From the human T2T-CHM13v2.0 reference genome, Homo sapiens: 64,000 bases of DNA. This document shows positions 14,801 through 28,200 of the stretch, one piece after another. The translations under genes and the position numbers were made by a program. The notes under the pieces are model-generated. The model had not been told where the DNA came from, made no database searches, and saw only the letters and a program-made list of their open reading frames with translations. The DNA is taken from assembly GCF_009914755.1 (NCBI RefSeq), contig NC_060933.1, one strand, 5' to 3'. Every line of letters starts with the position of its first letter. Positions within the stretch are counted from its first letter, which is position 1.

Positions 14801-14922
14801 CCTAGTTCCTGGTCCAGCAGAATTTAACATTTTGACAGTGATTTGAGATAATAAGACAGACTTGAGTTGTAAAATCCATAATTCCAAAAATAGTACTGCC
14901 AGTTTTCTATTTAATGGGATGC

Positions 14923-15328
14923 TGTCGTGGATGCCACCAAGATCCCTCACCAGGATTGAAGTTCTCATTCCTCCAGTTGTCTTGACTGTTGGCTGCTGAG
15001 CTCACAGTTGCAGCCCCAGGAATTGCCTTTGGTAGAAGTGAGGTTGCCTCACTCAAGTTATGTCCCCTGCTCCAGAGTAGTCCAGATCCATAGAGGAGGT
15101 ACAAAAGCCCAGCTTTCTCACCTCAGCTCTGGACAACTCTAAACTGCCATCCCAGTTACAGAGTGACATATAGATTACCCAAGGCCTTGGCTGCACCTGC
15201 ATTGTCGTTCAGCTCCTCCCTCTGCCCCATTTGGCTTTCCTCGCTTCCTTATAGATGTTGTTCCTGAGAGCACTCCCCAACTCTGCACACTCTCAGAATA
15301 CATTTCCAGAGGAACTCAACCTAAGACA
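14923..15328 (+). mobile_element. ERVL LTR (LTR16-like)
   Basis: ggacaactctaaactgccatcccag...cctgagagcactccccaa...ggaactcaacctaagaca terminus. Confidence 0.7.
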
Positions 15329-16247
15329 CATGTTCATTTTGCCTTCATTGACCCTTCCACCAACTTGGACCCCTAAGGATCACACTCTTACCCACCAGCC
15401 AAGGGAGCCCCAGGCTGCTTCATAAGTCACACAAGAATTTATTTAGCTGATTCCTAATCTTTTTTGCTCTGACTTCTTCCTTGTAGTTTCCAAATGCTCA
15501 GCTCTGAAATTCCCACCAAATCTCACTTATGGATCCTGAATTTTGGTCACATTTTTATTTTCTTTGTACCTTACCTTTTCCCAATTGGCTTTGACTCTGA
15601 GTCCTCATTCTATATCTTGGAGGTAATTTTTGTAGCCAGTGGTAAGAAGCTCCTCACAATAGGCCCAGATGAAAGAGGAACCCAACCTCTGGTGCTAGTA
15701 CCTGTCTAGTTAATGCTGCTCTCTCCCCCATCGAGCCCTCTACCCCACCCACCTGCCAATATTTTGAGGTAAGCACATCAGACAAAGGGAGATTAGGAAC
15801 ACTCAGAAAATTAGACACTAGATGCAATTCATGATGGGAGAGCATGATATTCAGATTTTGTTGGGCCTTAATCTTCTAAAAGTACTAGCAATGTGCTAGG
15901 CACTACACAGAACACAGCATACACGCTGTGTATACAAAACTGAATGAAAGTGCATGGGCACAGAAATAAATAGCACAACATCAGGCTTCTACTATTATAT
16001 AGAATATGCCTGATTATATAGACTAATACAAGAGGAAACTTAAAGATCATCAAAGACACCAACTTCTTCCCCTTCCCCATCATGTGCACACATAACGTGC
16101 CAAACTTCGTTTTCTAGACTATGGGCTTCTGAATACTTGTCTTTAGGACAGGGGAATTGTCACATCTCTGGAGGTCCTTTTTATTTCCAAAGAGTTCAAG
16201 TTATTTGAAAGTTATTTTCAAGGAAGTTTAAAAATATTTCTGGGATT

Positions 16248-17473
16248 TGTTTTAATCAGGCATGAAAGACATGCAGACACAGAAATTGACTATTATGAAG
16301 TCAATGTTCACAGACTGCTAGGAACAGGAGGCATGACACGCCATGCGGGGTATGTGGGGCAGCACCAGGGTCATCAGAAGGCAGAGGGAGCCAGGGGAAA
16401 ACATGGGCAAGATTCTTTACTGTGTTTTCCATGAGGAGGAACCCATGAGGTAGAATAAGCAGGTTTAGGATTGGCTAGTTTGAGTAATTTCAATGGGCTC
16501 TGGGACTTAGCCACTGTTTCTAACTGTCTGACACCTGGCCGTGGGGTGATTGAGACAGGTGGATAATGGCCCTGAGTGGGAGAGCCAAATAAAGAAAGTG
16601 ATTGGTGGCTATCCACAGAATGAGTCTATCCATAGGATATGGCCCTACAGGGGAATTGTTGGCTCTAGATGTATTCGTCCATTCTCTTCCTGCTGTAAAG
16701 AAATACCTGAGACTGGGTAACTTATAAGAAAAGAGAATTAATTGTCTCACAGTTCCACAGGCTATACAGGAAGCATGGCAGCATCTGCTTCTGGGGAGGT
16801 CTTAGGGAGCTTTTACTCATGGCAGAAGGTAAAGCCAGAGCAGGCATCTTCATATGGCTGCAGCAGCAGGAAGCAGGGGTGGAGGTGCCACACACTTTTA
16901 TACAACCAGATCTCGTGAGGACTCTGTCCTGAAAACAGCACCAACGGGATGGTGCTAAACCATACATGAGAACTTCCCCCCTATGATCCAATCACCTCCC
17001 ACCAGGCCGCACCTTCAACAACGAGATTACAGCTGAACGTGAGATTTGGGTTGGGACACAGATCCAAACCAGGGAAATACGCATTTGTCATGGGGCAGAA
17101 TCTGAGAAATTTCCCTCCATTGAGGCTCCTCATTGCTTTGTTCTTAATTATTAAAATTTTGTAGCATTCTTTACTTAGTAAGTTAATGTTGTTAACTGAT
17201 CATTCTCTTATCTGTATGTCTATAACTTATTAAAATAGGAAGTAATGAAAGTCAATTTTCCTTCCATTGCCCTATTCCTTTTTTACCTATACCCAGAATG
17301 ATTGGAGAGTGTGGGCTCTAGATTGGTTGGTGTGCAGATGAAAGGGGCACTCCCAGGCAAGCTGTTTGCTATCTCTAGGAATTAGCTGCCCTGGGAGCAG
17401 TAGTTTCTCTTGAGTTAGCAAGTCTCAGATGTCAAAACATCAAACACAGAAACTAGAAAATGTAATTATTACA
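16248..17473 (-). mobile_element. MER74-family ERVL LTR, interrupted at ~16606-17298
   Basis: Left part aagcaggtttaggattggctagtttgagtaatttc and right part gtgtgggctctagattggttgg...gctatctctaggaattagc are homologous to the intact + strand copy at 31064-31584. Confidence 0.8.
16670..17070 (-). mobile_element. MSTA MaLR LTR
   Basis: tgtattcgtccatt...aagaaatacctgagactgggtaa...gagatttgggttgggacacagatccaaacc; the last few bases are missing. Confidence 0.88.
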
Positions 17474-17756
17474 AGGGATAAGCTGCAGCTGCCTGTCTGC
17501 GTTTTCTACCCAAAGTCTTACCTCGACGCTATGGAGCTTTAACCTGGGATTTCCTGCAGAAGGCTCTCAGCTCCTTGCAGTTGCTCATTCTCCTCTGACT
17601 CTGCTTCCCCATCTGAGTCAGGGCTGAACCTCCTCTCTCACTCATCTCACTTGAGAGACACCAGTTTATCCTTTTCTTCTCCCGTGTCCTACACGTTACC
17701 CAGCACATGGTTGGGAACATTCTAGTTATCTGCAAATGCATTTTGAGCACTTACAG

Positions 17757-18042
17757 GTCTATCCACAGGATATGTTCCTACAGGGCAATTGTTGGCTCCA
17801 GGGAAATATGCCTTTGTCATGCTGCAGATATTGAGAAATTTCCCTCCATTGAGGCTCCTCATTGCTTTGTTCTTATTTATTATAATTTTTTAGTATTCTA
17901 TACCTAGTCATTAATGTTGATAACTAATCATTCTTCTTAAAGTATTAAAAGTATAAAGTACTTCTATAAAGTATTAACATAAGAAGTAATGAAAGTCAAT
18001 TTTCCTTCCACCACCCTCATTCCTTTTGTACCTATACCAAGA
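17757..18042 (+). repeat. Source copy of a local direct duplication; the second copy is at 16624-16667 plus 17069-17296
   Basis: By-eye alignment, including a 44-bp exact match (17103-17146 = 17832-17875). Confidence 0.92.
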
Positions 18043-18148
18043 GGGAGTTGTAATAATGTTCAGTTGATTATACTCTTATAAAATAATTTTTACCTCTTTA
18101 TCATCTGGAAAAGCAACCCTAAGCCATTAAAATAATAAATGAATTAAT

Positions 18149-18273
18149 CTGGGTGGCGTGCACCGGTAATCCTAGCTATTTGGGAAACTGAGGCGAGAGA
18201 ATCACTTGAGCCTAGGAATTTGAGACTAGCCTGGGCATAAGACCCCATTACCAAAAAAAAAAAAAAAAAAAAA
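18149..18273 (+). mobile_element. Free Alu monomer (FLAM-like)
   Basis: Single monomer with poly(A). Flanking direct repeat atgaattaat. Confidence 0.85.
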
Positions 18274-18848
18274 GTATGAATTAATGAAAAACAAGAATGT
18301 TGTAAGTATTTTGATTAAATAAAAAATTATAGGGTAACTACAGGCAAAAAATTCTTATAGAAAAGTTGATAGCTTGTTTTTAGTAACAGAAGGAAAAGTG
18401 GAAAAGTCCAAATGGAGTATTTCCAAATAAAGTTTATGAACAATAGCAAGAATTCACAGCATTCATATTTTATACTTTGTTTTAGAAACCTCATAGCACT
18501 TCAGGAAAAACAAATAGAAGGGGAAACTGATGAAAATAGCACAGATTTTCCTTGTGGCAGAAACTATTTAATTTTTGGAAAGAAATTTGCTGTGCAAGAA
18601 GAAAACATAAGTCCTTAATCGTCTAGACTACCCATTTGTCCAACCAGCCTCAAAGACAGTCCATCTCTGACCTTTCATGGTCTCAGGGAATTTCCAGCAT
18701 GAAGAAAGTTCAAAATCTATATTTAATGGCTACTTGGCAGGAGGACTGATAAATGTGTGAAAATTTTTATTTTCTGAAGCTCAGCATCCCAATGCTTATT
18801 TGGACTGCTCTTTACTTTCTCATTTTCATCTTATATCTTAAAATTCCT

Positions 18849-19145
<297 letters not shown>

Positions 19146-20699
19146 CTACTGCAGAGGAACAAGAGAAAACCTCAGCTTACTTTTCACATTTTACCTAGCA
19201 CTTGGGTGTGTGTGACCTAAAAGCTCAAACGTCTTTTTATAGCCAGTGTTTTACAATTAAACAATGCAGCGTGCATATAACGGCTGTGCCCCAAGGAACC
19301 CCCTGAATATAGAAACTTCTCCAGTATCTCCTAGTCTGTGTATCTCATGAAGAGGGCATTGAGGAGGTAAGTGGAGTGTGTTTCACCTCCCTAAGACCTT
19401 TAAAGTCTATTCTCATGGGTACCCAAAACTCACAGCTCAACATCACTTTGACTTCTCCTTGTCTTTGAGATGATTTATTAACCTATTTGTCTCAAATTTT
19501 CACATACTCCCAGGTCTTATCAACCTTATCTTGTTACCATTGCAACAAATGCGCTCCTGTCTTCAAAGCTCCCCTCCTTGACTCTCTGAGTCGCTTCTGC
19601 ATTTACCGGCTTCTCCCCAGCACAGATGCCTCCAAAGGCTGACACTCCTGCTACATTCATCTTTCAAAATCATTCTCTTTGTGTTGTTCACATCCTTCTT
19701 CCCCACACTGTTTTAAAGCTTTCAAAAATTTCTCACTACCTAACAATGGACACCTCTGGCTACACTGCCTGGCTACTTTCTCAGTGCCAGGCCTGCCTTA
19801 GTTCATCCTTGCAATGACTCCCCTTGACAGAAGTGAAAAATGAAGTGGTTCAACTTCACAGAGGTAGTAAGTGGAAGCCCCAGCCTTTGGTCTCTCATCT
19901 CTATCTGGTGTTAGAGACCATGTTCTTAATGAGTATACTCTGCCTCCTTCAGAGGCATTCTAATATTCGGAATTCCTCATTCTGAGATTTAAGGAGCTGA
20001 AAAATCAAGGCTCATATTATGTCTCACCACTTGAGCTCTTTGCTTCATCCCAGAGTAAATGATTTGTCTCTCTGGTGAGCAACGTACATGACTTTGTTTC
20101 TATCTGGTCAGAATATTTGCTCCTTAAAGGCAAGTAACTATGTTATACTTCCTTCTATCTCCCACAACGTAATTACTCCCAGCTCAAAAAATACTTGGTT
20201 ATTTTGGAGAAACTTCTTCCATCTTCAAGGGATTCAGCGTATTTGGTCTTGGGTTCTCAAACTGCTTTCTCAGCTGCACTTCTGGGCTCTGCCCCCTTTG
20301 GAATGTTAGAGATGGTTTCTTCTTCTGAGAAGTGTCAGAAAACAGGCATGATGAAGCTGCACACTAGGCAGGATCCTAAAAGTATGTAGATTTATGCCAT
20401 GGCTTGAAACATTTATTCACTTGCCTTAAAAGACGACGAAAGATGTTTCTATAAAAAAAATCAGTGCATAGAATGCCAATATGGGGGCCACATGAATGCA
20501 GAATTGTGGACAAATAACACAACTCCCCATGAGACTTGGAATTCCTTAGGTAGACACCCTCTGATCCTGGTTGTATATTTCGTAGATGAAGTAAGAGAAA
20601 CATTACTATTGTCATCCTCGCTGAATTCTTCCATGCTGTAACCCAAACAGTGATATGTTTGGGTTAACTGGATTGATGATGGCGATGAAAACAGACGCA

Positions 20700-20805
20700 T
20701 GGGTGTTGGGTGAACTAAAATCTCAGAAATCACCACTGAAGAATTTATCCATATAACAAAAGCCACCTGTAAGCCAACAACTAATGAAATTAAAAAAATA
20801 ATAAA
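20700..20805 (+). mobile_element. L1PB-type 3' terminus
   Basis: actaaaatctcagaaatcaccactgaagaatttatccatataacaaaagccacctgta followed by an A-rich tail. Confidence 0.75.
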
Positions 20806-20967
20806 CAGAAGCAGATACCTTATGGGAGCCAGAGCATATGATCAAGACATATAGCAAGTGCAGTAGGCATGTCCTTGGAAAGACACCTGCTGCTCCTTTC
20901 TGGACACTCAATGATGGGGCCGATTCAGTATCTGCCGCTTCTCAACCAGCAGAAAACTTCACTCCCA

Positions 20968-21290
20968 GACAATGATTTCAACCTTGGCTGTGCTGTGGAA
21001 TTGCCTGGAGATGTTAAGAGACAGATGCCCAGATCCCACTCCTGGAGATGGGATTTTTACGAACTTCTCAGACAATTCTAGTGCTCAGCCACAGGCTGAG
21101 AGTTGTTGGTTTTCTGAACCCTTGCAACAAGATATGGCCTGTGAAGCAGCATCTGGAGGCACCTGAAGCCCATTAGAAATGCAGAGTCTCAGGTCCCACC
21201 CCAGAGCTGTCAGATCAAAATCAACATTTCAGCAAGACTCCCATAAGACATGTATGCACATTAAAGTTTGAAGAAGCACAAATCTAGGCT
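20968..21290. mobile_element. Two adjacent MER5-family (hAT-Charlie) fragments
   Basis: ttcaaccttggctgtgctgtggaattgcctggagatg and tagaaatgcagagtctcaggtcccacccc...tgcacattaaagtttgaagaagcac. Confidence 0.65.
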
Positions 21291-21969
21291 CTTCTCTTCC
21301 TATGTAGCTTCTGACCTCCTGAATCTTCGGCTTCTAGTAACTCAGTGCCTTTTCATCTGTCTGTGTGATACTCTGCTTCTTTTCCTGCTCTAAGTTGTTG
21401 ACTCCGTCTGCAAGTTTTGGAGGCATGTTGACTGCCCACCCCTGTTCCCAGCACAAACTGTAGCTGATCCAGTGAGACAGAACCACCTATCCCAGTTGGG
21501 CAGAGCTGCCCCAGGCCTGCTGGCCAGTCTGAAGACCAGCTGCGTGGGAGGAGTCCTTTCATGTCTGATCCACTGTGGCCGGATCTGGAGACACCCAATC
21601 CCAGAGGCCAGCTTTCCTTAGGTGAGGCCATGGGCCCAGCAGACATCCACTGAGGCCTCTCCTCTCTGATTCCTTTCCTTCCAGAGCTATCATTCTTGGA
21701 AATTACTATCATGTCTCACTCTGGAATAGTTAAACCTTGCAATGTGTTGTCCATAGCTGAGAGATGCTTATGCAGGTGGAAGAGAATTCTGGTGTTGATG
21801 AATCGGGCCTCTGAGGATAAAAGGCCACTGGAAATGATTCATTATTTAACTTCACCCCAGGCCTGAGGGTGAAGTTAAAGCAGGCTGATAAATTCCATTC
21901 TGATGTAGAAAATGAGGTGCGGATAGAAGCTGCTGGTTAGCTATAAAAAGAGACTTTTTTCCAAAGTGT

Positions 21970-22182
21970 ATCCTTCCTTCCTTCCTTCCTCTCTCTTCCT
22001 TTCTTTTTCTTTCTTTCTCTCTTTTCTTTCTTTCTTTCTTTCCCTTTCTTTCTCCCTCTTTCTTTCCTTTCTTTCTTTTCTTTTCTTTTCTTTCTTTTCT
22101 CTCTTTCTTTCTTTCTTTCTTTTTTTCTTTCTTTCTTTCTTTCTATCTTTCTTTCTTACTTTACTTTCTTTCTTTCTTTCCT
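21970..22182. repeat. (CTTT/CCTT)n-type polypyrimidine microsatellite, an expanded Alu tail
   Basis: About 210 bp almost entirely C/T, directly adjoining an antisense Alu. Confidence 0.95.
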
Positions 22183-22406
<224 letters not shown>

Positions 22407-23340
22407 TAAATCCAAGATATACGAATGGTATTGACTAACCAACTGCTGCTTCATCTTTAGAAACAAATGCCACCTGGAGAAAGCAGGGAGACATTAAGAG
22501 TCTGCAAAGACAGCCATGAGAGGGCTTCCTGCACCCTCCCCTCCCTGCTGCCCCACATTTCCAGTCCCTGATAATAGTCCTGCTTCCAACAGTTCCCGCC
22601 TCCCCAGCAAGGTGTTGGAGACTTCCTGAAGAGATTCCTATTTTTCCCTTGCATTTGCATTTAAACGATGACTCTAAGGAGAGCTGTGATCTAAGAAAAA
22701 GAGGGAAAGACTACAAAAGGCATTTCAGGGAGGGCTGTACCTTGTTTTGCTTTTTTGTGAGCGGAAGGAAAGGATACTTTTCCCTTAATCACCTTAAGGC
22801 ATTTTCCTCCCAGGGTTGTCTTCACAGTCGGCATTTTTTTCAAACCATCGAGAGCAGCTAAACCAAGCAAAGGACAACTCTGGCTTAGGTTTCTTGAGCT
22901 TTACCTGAGATGACTTACTGTGAGTAAATTGAAGAATCTTTGCCTTCATAAATATGCCAGAGGTTTGTTTGCCATGGGGAGATTTGTAATCACTTCACCA
23001 GCACCTTTAAATGGACCTGCAGGTGTGCCCAAGTTAAGAAAAAATAATGTTGAAATGCAGATGATAAATTATATTAGGGAAGAACTATACGGTAAAATTT
23101 ATAGCTAAATAGTAAGAGCCGCTAAGCTATTTGATTAAAAATAAATGACCACTTTCATGAGAAATCTGTGGAACAGAAAGAAATTAATCAATTGTAAATA
23201 AACACAAAATGAAGAGAAAGCCCCTCTGCAATATTTTCTGTACATTGCTATGTGTAAATGTAATTCTTTTGACAAACAATTAGAATAGGAAGATGACACT
23301 GGTGCAAATTGAGGCAAAATGAATCTCTCTGTACACACTG

Positions 23341-23694
23341 TGCTATGGTCTAAGTGTCTGTGTCCCCCAAAATTCATATGTTGAAGCCCTAATCTTCAAG
23401 GTAATCATATGAAGAGGTGGGGTCTTCGGGGGATGATTAGGTCATGGGGGCAGAGCCCTCATGAATGGGATTAATGGCCTTCAAAAGAGACCTGAGGGAG
23501 CTCCCTCACTCCTTCCAGCAGAGAAGCAAAAAGACAGGTCCAGGAAGAGGGAAGTGGGGCCTCGTCAGACACCACATTTGCTGGCACCTTGATCTTAAAC
23601 TTCTCAGGCTCCAGAACTGTGAGAAATAAATTTCCCTTGCTTATAAGCCACCCCGTTTCTGGTGTTTTGTTGTAGAAGCCTGAGGGAACTGACA
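23341..23694 (+). mobile_element. MLT1A0-like MaLR solo LTR
   Basis: TG...CA ends. Perfect 5-bp TSD cactg at 23336-23340 and 23695-23699. Confidence 0.88.
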
Positions 23695-23819
23695 CACTGT
23701 GAAGTCTATAAAATTTTGAACAACGCTAGCTCCACACGCCTCTCCCATACTGGACCTCTCCCATACAGGCCTCTCCGCACGCCTGTCCCATACTGGACAT
23801 CTCAGTCATTTGGGAATAT

Positions 23820-24328
23820 GGCAGACTCTATTTTCCAAGAATCGTCAAAGAATACATCCCATCCTACATGCTCTACTTAACAGTGTGGTTTTGACAATCC
23901 TCCTATACATAATCCTCCCATCGAGGGATGAGGTCCCTGCTCCTGAGGAGGCAGAATTGACACCATGTTACTTCCGAGATTGGTTCTCCCTGGGTCTTGT
24001 GGGACACCTGGTATTGGAGACCAGCCACAGGCTGTAAGAGGAAGCCCAAGCATCCTTTGGAGAGGCCTGTGTAGGGCAGATCAGATCCTCAGCCCATGGC
24101 CCTAGCAGAGCTCCCAGCCAACGGCCAGAACCAACTTTCCAGCCACATGCTAAGCCAGTTTGAAAGCACGTTATCCAGCCCAAAACCAAGCTACTCCAGC
24201 TGACCGGGGGTGGAGCAGAGAGGAGACTAACCTCAATTGCAGATTAATGAGCAAAAGAAATGACTTTCTGTTGAGTTAAGTCACTAAGTCATGGGGTGGT
24301 TGTCACAAGGTGAGAGATAATTAATACA
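23820..24328 (+). mobile_element. MLT1G/H-like MaLR LTR
   Basis: ggcagactctattttccaaga...agccacaggctgtaagaggaagcccaag...ggggtggttgtcac...ataattaataca. Confidence 0.7.
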
Positions 24329-26149
24329 AGGCCCTCCCCATACACCCTGCAGGGTTTTGCAAACATCCCAGGGATCTCAAGCAGAGCTCAATGCTAGGTG
24401 GAAAGAGCTTTGGTATTTGGACTTCTGATTAAAACTAAGGTCCCATTGGCCAAATCAATAAGAGATCCTGAAATCCAGCATTCCTGGTTTCTCTTTGGGT
24501 AGGAAATGAGCTGGGGGCCTTGTCTACCCCCAAGGACCACCCATAGCCAGACTTCCACTGCCTACTCCACCCTCTCCATAGAACCTGTAGACCAAGGAGC
24601 CCCATACTTTTCCAATTTGGGGGACCCCAGCACCCCATCTTCTTGGCTGTGCTGCTCTATCCTCTCCTTTAGCACAGCCCTCAACTCCCTCAGGGCTCCT
24701 GAAAACAAAAGAAACCTCCCCTGGGGCCAGGCAGTCAAAGGACCTTCTTGGAACAGAAAGGGAATGATGCTGAAATGGGAAAACACACATATTAATAGCT
24801 CAATTTACCTGTCACATCTCTATTTTGTTTGGGAGGTCACCAATGGAACAGAGTGACTGCAAGAAAGACAGAATAATAGCATTGGTAATTAGAGGGAAAG
24901 AAAGTATTATGGGCCAGGTGATTTTTAAAATACCCTTCAGAGATTAAATATTTCTCAAAACTTATGTAAGCGCACATACAGTACACCTATTATTGGGCAT
25001 AATACGGAAACAAACTTTAAGAGAGTAAAAATAGCCTAAGTAACAACTGATCCATTTGACTTACAAAAAGGAAAGATCCTAACCAGGGATCAGGAAGTCG
25101 GAATTCTCATCTGAGCTTGCTGTCTTATCCTGAGCAGGTAACAGTCTATTCCATGGCTTCGTTTTTCTCATCAGTGAGATAAAAGATTGAACATGATCAT
25201 CTTGAAGCTCTCTTGAGCCCCACAGTCCTACAACTCCTGGACAAGTCATCTTAATACAAGCTGATTCAATTACCAACCAATCAGTACTATGAGAAAATCA
25301 GTTAAATGTTTGATGCAAGTATCAGAAGTTTCTGCCACTCTGTGGCACATTGCCGAAAGTTAAATTGGATTCACATAACTTTATATTTCTCGAAGGTAGC
25401 CATGAGTAAACAAAGAGATAGGAGAAATGAGTGATGGATGTATAGAGGTTTTCTGTGAATACTCCTTGAGTGATAATTAAACTAGCCCATGGCATGGCAT
25501 GTTTATTCTAATTATTATTGTGTAGATACAGTCCATGGGCAAATGCTCATTTACATGCTTCAGGCATGTCTGCACACACATGTGTAACAACAGTCACTGT
25601 AGTCTCATGATGAGGCAGATAGTTCATAAATGATTTTGTGATCATTTTATATATACAGCCCATGTATAGATTATGAAGAAAACTCCAATTGCTTATATAA
25701 TGTTTATTATAAAGGCAAAAAATATTTTTAACTTTTTTCACTTTTTATTTTTTTGTCTGGGAATACCTGTGTGACACACAAGTAAGTGGGCAGAATGGCA
25801 GGAGGACAGCCAGGGAAGAGTATAAACCTCGAGAATTCTGGGCTGCAGGGGATGATTTAGCTAGAAAGTAACTATGGAGCACAGGTTTGCTCTGCTATTT
25901 TGCTTGGCAGGAAATAGCAATCAAATTTAAGGTGGCTTTGAGAGAGGAATATTTTCTCTTACCACACAAAAAAAGCCATCTGACAATGGTTTCTCAATGT
26001 TTTTGGATAAAAAGTTGTGTTTAAATGAGAATCCTGGTGGAGGAGCTTAATACTTTACAACAAAAATTAATTTTGAAGGGACTGAATTTGCTAGGCATCC
26101 ACTGAATACTTATAAATACTTTTGAGAATTTTCATAAAAAGTAAAAATA

Positions 26150-26443
26150 GGCCAGGTGCGGTGGCTCACGCCTGTAATCCCAGCACTTTGGGAGGCCAAG
26201 GTGGGTGGATCACGAGGTCAGGAGATCGAGACCATCCTGGCTAACATGGTGAAACCCCGTCTCTACTAAAAAAATACAAAAAAAATTAGCCGGGCGTGGT
26301 GGCAGGTGCCTGTAGTCCCAGCTACTCAGGAGGTTGAGGCAAGAGAATGGCATGAACGCAGGAGGCAGAGCTTGCAGTGAGCCAAGATCACGCCCAGCCT
26401 GGGAGACAGAGTGAGACTCTGTCTCAAAAAAATAAATAAATAA
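26150..26443 (+). mobile_element. AluY-like
   Basis: Y-diagnostic gatcacgaggtcaggagatcgagaccatcctggctaac and gagcttgcagtgag. Confidence 0.93.
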
Positions 26444-26454
26444 AGACAGCCCAC

Positions 26455-26860
26455 TGAAATGATGTTGCTAAATAATATTTCCAGTAGCATTGTTTATAAT
26501 AGTCAAACATTGAAAACAATGAAAATGTTCATCAGAAGAGGATGCACTAAATTATGGTTCATCCACACACTGGAATACTATGTACCTATTAAAAAGAATA
26601 ATAAAGCATTCTATATATACTGTCAAAGTGAAAAAAGCATGGTGTAGAACCATGTGACTAACACGTACCACAATTTTTTAATGTTAACTACTTGCCAGAT
26701 GCTGGAAGGATATATAGTGACTGCTAGTAGCAACTGCCTCTGAGAGGAAGGAAGGAGTAGGTACTGTAAAGAGGAGTGGGTGAGCCTCTCTTCACTTTTT
26801 TTTACTGTTTTATAACTTTTGGTTGTATATACCATGTGCAAAACAAACAAGCTAAAAAGA
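26455..26860 (+). mobile_element. L1ME-type 3' fragment
   Basis: gtagcattgtttataatag...aaattatggttcatccacacactggaatactatg. Confidence 0.7.
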
Positions 26861-27551
26861 AAGCACACTAAATAAAGATGACATCAGTGCCATTTTACAT
26901 ATAAGAATCATCGTGATGGTAATGTACAGTTAAGTTTCATAGACTACAAAACCTCTATGCCTAATCTACTTTCTACTTTTCCTACCTTCATTATTCCCAT
27001 TCCCCAGCTTTGTTTTAATTATGAACAATGGGATCAACTTCAAACATGTAAACAACAAATAAAAAATATCCCTCCAAAGCACAAGACATATAAAGACAAA
27101 CAAGAAAACATTATCTTATAATTAAGGAAAAGCTATGCAGAAGTCAATCTGAATACATTAGATTTTAGGAAAAGATTTTGTAGTGAGAAAAGAATTACAG
27201 TCTTGTCTTCATTAATACAGGTTCCCCCACCTCCCCACAATTTATACTGAATGATAATGTGGAGACAGGGTTTGGGATGGTCATGGGAGCCGCTGACTAA
27301 AGTCATGCCCATAGAAGGGAAAATCTCAGGAATGACAGAAAAGGAACTGCAATATGAAGATGATTTCTTTAAAACTAATGACCTTATATAAAGATGCTGG
27401 GGACATGCTTGCCCCAGAAGAGATCAATATATTTATTTTAAATAAAGAGGCAGAGTATTTTATGACCTTGGAATGAAAAGTTAGGCAAGAACTAGCCACT
27501 TGGGAGACCTTTATTATATCTATCCACTGTGCCTTTTGTCTTACTTGCTTC

Positions 27552-27845
27552 TTTTGGTTTTGAGACAGAGTCTCGCTCTGTCACCCAGGCTGGAGTGCAG
27601 TGGCACGATCTTGGCTCACTGCAACCTCTGCCTCCTCCAAGTTCAGGCGATTATCCTGCCTCAGTCTCCCGAGTAGCTGGGATTACAGGTGCCTGCCACT
27701 ACGCCTGGCTAATTTTTGTATTTTTAGTAGAGACGGGGTTTCGTCATGTTGGCCACTCTGGTCTCAAACTCCTGACCTCAGGTGATCCGCCCACCTCAGC
27801 CTCCCAAAGTGCTGGGATTACAGGCATGAGCCACTGAGCCCAGCC
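27552..27845 (-). mobile_element. AluSx-like
   Basis: Full antisense dimer. Confidence 0.95.
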
Positions 27846-27949
27846 AGTTGCTTAATATTTTTGAATATGTAAATACAGAGGTGTTTTAGGTAATATTGAA
27901 GCCAGGTGAATTAAGGTGAGCTAACAAGCAGCAAGCTTTCAGTAAAGAT

Positions 27950-28200
27950 GTTGTTTTTAATAATGTTAATGAAGATGATGATAACAATGGTGATGGTGAT
28001 GATGATGGTGATAATGGTGATGATTATTACTCTCATTTGTGGTTTAATATGTGCCAGGCATTGTACAAAGTATTTTACTTACATTATTTTATTACTTACA
28101 TTATTTTATTCAAATCTCACAACAATCCTACAAAACAGGAATCATTTCATTTTCTAGACTAGAAACAAAGACTCAAAGAGGTCGAAAAATTTTAAGAAAG
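27950..28200 (-). mobile_element. (GAT/GGT)n low-complexity tract followed by an antisense MIR
   Basis: atgtgccaggcattgtacaaagtattttac...aatctcacaacaatccta...gaaacaaagactcaaagagg. Confidence 0.65.
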
